In this document: positions 58,688 to 64,000 of the stretch, piece after piece
Numbering within the stretch: position 1 is the first letter of the stretch
Layout: every line of letters starts with the position of its first letter
NCBI GenBank assembly: GCA_964016885.1
Contig: OZ024742.1
Span: 171,120,001 to 171,184,000, forward strand
Direction of reading: 5' to 3'
Length of the DNA stretch: 64,000 bases
Origin: Eledone cirrhosa
Lineage: Eukaryota
The notes under the pieces: model-generated
What the model was told of the DNA's origin: nothing
Databases searched by the model: none
What the model saw: only the letters and a program-made list of their open reading frames with translations
Program-made: the position numbers and the translations under genes

Positions 58688-59092
58688 GTCTGAGTTCAAA
58701 TCCCGCCGAGGTTATCTTTGCATTTCATCCTTACGGGGTCGATAAAATAAAATACCAGTAATGCACTGGGATAATTGCTGGCCTTGTGCCAAACGTGGAA
58801 ACAATTAATTATAGTAATAAAGTACCAGTAATGTACTGGGTAATTGCTGGCCTTGTGCCAAACGTGGAAACAATTAATTATAGTAATAGAGTACCAGTAA
58901 TGTACTGGTAATTTGCTGGCCTTGTGCCAAACGTGGAAACAATTAATTATAGTAATAAAGTACCAGTAATGCACTGGGTAATTGCTGGCCTTGTGCTAAA
59001 AGTAGAAACAATTAATTATAGTAATAAAGTACCAGTAATGTACTGGGTAATTGCTGGCCTTGTGCTAAAAGTAGAAACAATTAATTATAGTA
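58688..59092 (+). mobile_element. SINE family A whose 3' 60 bp is tandemly amplified about 5-6 times
   Basis: Repeated aaagtaccagtaatgtactgggtaattgctggccttgtgc...gaaacaattaattatagt. Confidence 0.85.
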
Positions 59093-59124
59093 TTCACTGT
59101 TTAATTTCTTTGTCGCCCTGCAAC

Positions 59125-59230
59125 GGGGTGATGATGATGATGATAATGATGATGATGGTCATCATAATCCCCATCGACGCCTTCATTTTCGTCAGCATTT
59201 TCACCCATCCCCAACAACTTCATCATCCTT

Positions 59231-59278
<48 letters not shown>

Positions 59279-59325
59279 TTCATCCTCCTCTGCTTCGTCG
59301 TCATCGTTATCCTCGTTATCACCAT

Positions 59326-59383
<58 letters not shown>

Positions 59384-59550
59384 GTCATCATAATAGTCAT
59401 AATTCTCATTATCATCAATATTATTATCATCATTATCATTGTCAATAGCGGTCACCATTATTGTGGTCTCCATCATGGCTGTCACCAACCTTATCATTAT
59501 CATCATCGTCACCACCTCAAACACTGTCACCACCACCAATACCACAACCA
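59125..59550. repeat. (CAT)n-rich tract
   Basis: Direct reading. Confidence 0.92.
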
Positions 59551-59820
59551 CCTTGTTTGGACAACTATGTCATCATAATCACGAGCTTAAGTCTACATCT
59601 TAAATATAGATTAACTTTTCATATAGTTGTCTTTATAGTTTTATCAGACAGAATGTATATATTTAAAATTCGAACAAATTACGTTTGGACATTTTTATGC
59701 AATCTTTATATTTGTTTTGGGTATCAATGTGTATTTATGTGTGTGTGTGGGGGGTGGGGCTGGTTGTGGTTGGTATGTGTGTATGTGTTTATGTGCATGT
59801 GCATATATATATATATATAT

Positions 59821-60080
59821 TTGTGCAGTGCCTTTGCTCACTATAAAAGCTTCACGTTACAGGCATTGCTTTATATCTGGAGATCTCTCTGCACTTGTCG
59901 TCACATGGTACCATGGGCCCAGCACTATGTGTCAGTAATTGTCACAAGTGTAGTGTTTGTACCAGAGTTTTCAAGTCGCTGGCTGGACTGAAAAGTCACA
60001 CTCGTTCAGCGCCACGGTAGGGGTTCTCCTACATGGATATAAAGTAGTGGCCGTACTCGAAAACGAGTTGGCAGCCACCA
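59821..60080 (+). mobile_element. 5'-truncated copy of the bipartite RTE derivative
   Basis: Near-identical to 33769-34027; flanked by (TA)n. Confidence 0.75.
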
Positions 60081-60249
60081 TATATATATATATATATATA
60101 TAATAACTAGAAATTGATTAACATATAAATATACATGAATAATCACAGGAGATAATTTTAGCCCGCGTGTAACCACGCATAGCTAGTATGGGTAATATTT
60201 ACCTTTAAGTATGATTAACCTTCCTTGTATATATCCCATTAAAGAAATA

Positions 60250-60456
60250 TATTTCACCAATTAATCAGATGGTAAGTCACGGAAAGTGGACATTATTGGA
60301 TTGTCAACAAGGAAAATGTAACAATGTCCAGCTATCCATCCTTACAGGACGAGCCAAAATCTTCAACATGATAGCTGGACATTGTTACACTTTCCTTGTT
60401 GACAATCCAATAATGTCCACTTTCCGTGACTTACCATCTGATTAATTGGTGAAATA
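60250..60456. mobile_element. Fold-back palindrome with a ribozyme-like loop remnant
   Basis: About 85-bp near-perfect arms; loop on minus strand TTGAAGA ttttggctCGTCC tgtaa GGATG. Confidence 0.6.
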
Positions 60457-60466
60457 GGGGGATAGC

Positions 60467-60516
<50 letters not shown>

Positions 60517-60584
60517 CTGGAAGAGGGAAAGGAAAGCTATTTGTCTTGCTGTCTGCATTACGATATATATACACACACACACTG

Positions 60585-61328
60585 ATCGCGTAATAATGAC
60601 GTAATGCAGACAGCCAGACATACAGACAGATATTATAAGGGCGCAGCGTTATATCTATGGATCTATCTAAAAAGAAAGACTAAGAATTATAGAGAGAGAT
60701 CGCTAAATCGCCTAATGCAGTCCCTAGGGCATTGAAAATTTGAAATATTCTTTGCTCAACAGACTCACAGCATCATACGTATTACATGTGTAAAGTTTGA
60801 AAACAATCGGTTGGGTGGTTCTTGAGTTTTAGTGAGCTGACAGACAGAAAGACATTCTCTGTTTTAGATATATAGATATATATATATAATTATATATTCG
60901 TGTACAGATATTTCTGCATACACAATAATAAAATATAAATAAACGTATTTATTTAACGAGGCTCAATAAGGATAAATATATATCAAATATATAAGAACCC
61001 TAGAGAAAATCCAGAGTAACGCTGGGCCATTCTGCTAGTTATCTATATACCTAAAACAGAGAATGTCTGTCTGTATGACTCCCACAAACTCGAGAACCAC
61101 CCAACTGATATTTTTCAATCTTTACACATGTAATACTTATGGTCCTGTGAATGTTTTGGGCAAAAAATATTTCAAATTTTAAATGCGCTAGGGACCGCAT
61201 TAGGCGATTTAGCGATCTCTCTCTATAATTCTTAGTCTTTCTTTTTAGATAGATACATAGATATAACGTTGCGCCCTTATAATATCTGTCTGTATGTCTG
61301 GCTGTCTGCATTACGACATTATGACGCT
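60585..61328. mobile_element. Non-autonomous Helitron cluster: two 5' parts head-to-head (60585-60877 minus, 61042-61328 plus) with a 3' end at 61011-61038
   Basis: TCTATATA.CTAAAACAGAGAATGTCT starts; ccagagtaacgctgg hairpin then CTAG|T; a similar hairpin-CTAG end at about 60163-60186. Confidence 0.65.
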
Positions 61329-61449
61329 GTGTGTGTGTGTGTGTGTATATATATATGTATATATATATAGTGTGTATATATATATATATATATATAGTGT
61401 GTAACGTTTTTCGAAATATTTACTTCTGCGTTCACAGATTGATTTTTTT

Positions 61450-61500
61450 AGTTTCAGAAGATCCCGTTAAGGGTGAAAGCAGCGATTCTTTGCTTAAACT
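61450..61500 (+). ncRNA. Hammerhead with one core mutation
   Basis: AGTTT CAGAAGA TCCC gttaa GGGT GAAA GCA gcgattctt TGC TT AAACT. Confidence 0.65.
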
Positions 61501-61511
61501 TTAATCTGTTA

Positions 61512-61557
<46 letters not shown>

Positions 61558-61840
61558 TATATTCGTGTACAGATATTTTTGCATACACAATAACAAAATA
61601 TAAACAAAAGTATTTATTTCACTAGGCTAGATAAGGATATATATATATCAAATATAAACTCCATATAAACATATACCTTTGAGTGCTTGACATCTGTTAT
61701 ATAAAGTCGGCTGAATCTAAAACAACTAACTCTCTTTGATTGAACAAATATAAATATATATATATATATAATCAAGGTTTAGTAAATAATGAAAAAGTTT
61801 CAAAATAAATTTTAAAAAATTAACTTTACTTATTATAGTT

Positions 61841-61924
61841 ACCTTTACCGCATCGGTTTCGAATCTCAAAAATAAACGGAGACCATACGGCCTTCGTTGC
61901 AAAGAAAGATTCTCATCGGAAGGT
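61841..61924 (-). ncRNA. Hammerhead (core CCGATGA) in a (TA)n-flanked insert
   Basis: Minus strand: ACCTT CCGATGA GAATCT...AGATTC GAAA CCG atg CGG TA AAGGT. Confidence 0.7.
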
Positions 61925-61993
61925 TCTTTTCATTCGAAGAATATAAAATTCTTGAATTTAAATTACGAACTAGCACTATCCAAAACTGTTCCC

Positions 61994-62034
<41 letters not shown>

Positions 62035-62035
<1 letters not shown>

Positions 62036-62385
62036 CCAAAGATTAATATGGTTCATTGATTACTCAATGAACACAGTTTTACAATAGATTAAAAGCACTG
62101 AACAGTGAAATATTCCTGGAGTGTTAATATTATGCAAAATATTAACAAATGAAGATATTCACATAATCAAAATATATGCTTTATTATATATATTTCTAAG
62201 GTACTCTGTTGTTTTATTTCCAATACGGGAATTGAAATATCAAGACCGTAGAGGTATGTCATATATCAAATTATCTGACGAAGACGTACTGGAAAAAAAA
62301 CAACACAGTACCTTCGAAATATATATAATAAAGCATATATTTTGATTACGTGAATATCTTCACTTGTTGATATTTTGAATAATAT
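62035..62385. mobile_element. Fold-back pLTR element with hammerhead at 62271-62331 plus
   Basis: Arms 62127-62228 and 62285-62385; TTAT CTGACGA AGAcGTACTG...CAGTACCTTC GAAA TATATA TA ATAA. Confidence 0.75.
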
Positions 62386-62393
62386 ATATATAC

Positions 62394-62457
<64 letters not shown>

Positions 62458-62460
<3 letters not shown>

Positions 62461-63870
62461 ACAAAGGAATTGTGGTAAGGAACCACATGGACCATAACGC
62501 ACCAGAGTATTCAATACTTAGGGTAGTAGAGTGGGAAGTATGACCCCGACGGCAGAGCTCAAGCCGTTTCGACGGCTATTTCTGGACTAAATTAGAATGT
62601 TTACCCTGGTGAATAAATAGCCGAACTTTTCAAGGGGGTACTTCCTTCTATGGGAAGATTGTAGTTGTCAAGAGGATTGGTTAAAATTTGTTGTAAACAC
62701 AAATAAGTCTATCATGGCATTTGGTGGAAGGTAGGGGTGGCTGAACTTGCCTGTAGAACAATAGGGGAGTGACAAGAGCGGTCAAGCGTTGAAAGTGATA
62801 TGTATACAGCAGATTCTGAGGATAGAGTATGAAGTGGAGGAGGGAGGTGATAGAATAGGTAAATCGAATGAGAGTAAGAGACAATAAAAGATAATAGAAA
62901 TAAATAAAAAAATATATAAAATTAAATAGTGAGAAATGAATAAAAAAAATCACAATGCTATCTTACAATTACAGGTTAATAAGTTGAGAATAAAAAAAAC
63001 TTGTAGAAATAGAGTAGTACCAGAACTGATACAGAATTAAAGGGGTTTAACACGTCTGCTATAAGTAGTTAGTAAAACGTATTCGGCCAATTCTATCTTA
63101 AGATTACAGGGGTGGGGGAACTGATGCTACAGAGGCCCGATGGGCTGCATCGGGGTAGGCGAGGGGAAAAGCAGACGAGGAAGAAAATAGGGGGTGGAAG
63201 GAAGTGATAGGATGAGACAGGGGGAAGAAGAAGACAAAGAGGAAAATAAAAGAAAAGAGATACATCTACCTAAGTAAGCTGGGGTTTCCCCTAACTTATT
63301 CGGCAAGTAGGAGGGTATCAGCCCTTGTCTACCCACCTGGGTCGTTATGGGTTTTGAGGACGAGGTAAGTCCTACCCAATCTGTGTTCGCATGCGGTTAC
63401 CAGTTCGTCTTTCTTGTTTAGGAGTTGGTCCTTTGATAACAGCTTTTGTAATGTTTCCTCCGAGCATAAGTTACACGGACGGCATCCTCCCGTGTAAAAG
63501 TTAGCTTTGGACAGAAAGCTCCAAGTGAGATTGTAGGTTATATTATTATCTTGGAGGTCCCAGATGTGGCCCGAAAGTGTAGTGGCATGTCGCCGGAGCG
63601 GGTTTCAGAAAGTATGTCAGTGTTGGTAGAGCCGGGTCTTGAAGTCACACGCGGTTAATCCTATATAAGCTTTGTTGGAGGTGTCCGTCCTCACGTTGCA
63701 CTGGTAGATCACGTTACGTTCTCGGCATTTGTTGTTGAGAGGGCACGTAGATCTATCAGGGCAGTTACACCTCTTGGACGGCTCTCCACTGATGTCTAGG
63801 CTAAAAATTCTAATTTAGTCCAGAAATAGCCGTCGAAACGGCTTGAGCTCTGCCGTTGGGGTCATACTTT
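62458..63870 (-). mobile_element. 5'-truncated PLE: GIY-YIG remnant, 3' UTR/pLTR, inverted partial pLTR at the 5' end, in (TA)n
   Basis: Minus strand 63798-63350: CNCPDRSTCPLNNKC..VIY..AYIGLT..FKTRLYQH*..CNLCSEE..LLNKKDELVTACEHR; 63806-63868 is the reverse complement of 62536-62598. Confidence 0.9.
62543..62639 (-). ncRNA. Variant hammerhead in the PLE pLTR
   Basis: Minus strand: ACCCC CTTGAAAA GTTCGGCTATTT...AAATAGCCGTC GAAAC GGC ttgagctct GCC GTC GGGGT. Confidence 0.6.
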
Positions 63871-63874
63871 TTCC

Positions 63875-63929
<55 letters not shown>

Positions 63930-64000
63930 GCAATTGGCAAATAACTACATGTATCACCTATCCCTCCTTCTCTCTCTCGATACGTAAATATTCTATATAT

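Noticed and set aside
63605-63619. Two in-frame TGA codons in the PLE endonuclease as possible selenocysteine
   Set aside because: They are not at Cys motif positions; the first aligns with Arg in the 30.3-kb element (YQHR), so CGA>TGA decay is the simpler explanation

Overview
AT-rich, microsatellite-saturated eukaryotic (animal) DNA, probably intronic or intergenic. The repeat repertoire is cephalopod/octopus-like, but that is inference only. No host gene is securely identifiable; there is one candidate + strand exon near 42.9 kb. Almost all listed ORFs are simple-repeat artefacts. Real coding remnants are retroelements: a near-complete RTE-clade LINE (2.8-5.9 kb: APE with an internal deletion, RT with YADD, and a PHD finger) plus many fragments; a Penelope-like element (PLE) ORF with RT (YRDD) and GIY-YIG at 28.6-30.6 kb; and a second PLE GIY-YIG fragment at 63.4-63.8 kb. 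Also present are several tRNA-derived SINE families, Tc1/mariner-, piggyBac- and Helitron-like non-autonomous elements, and 51-bp and 45-bp minisatellites. The main hidden signal, found by eye, is about 25 short non-coding inserts of many unrelated sequence families, mostly within or next to (TA)n. They carry intact, variant or partial minimal hammerhead ribozymes (stem I-CUGANGA-stem II-GAAA-palindromic stem III-UH-stem I). About a dozen are asymmetric fold-back palindromes, and several have their inversion centre exactly on a ribozyme helix or core. They look like a dense population of ribozyme-bearing, TA-targeted PLE pseudo-LTR mini-elements formed by cDNA fold-back.
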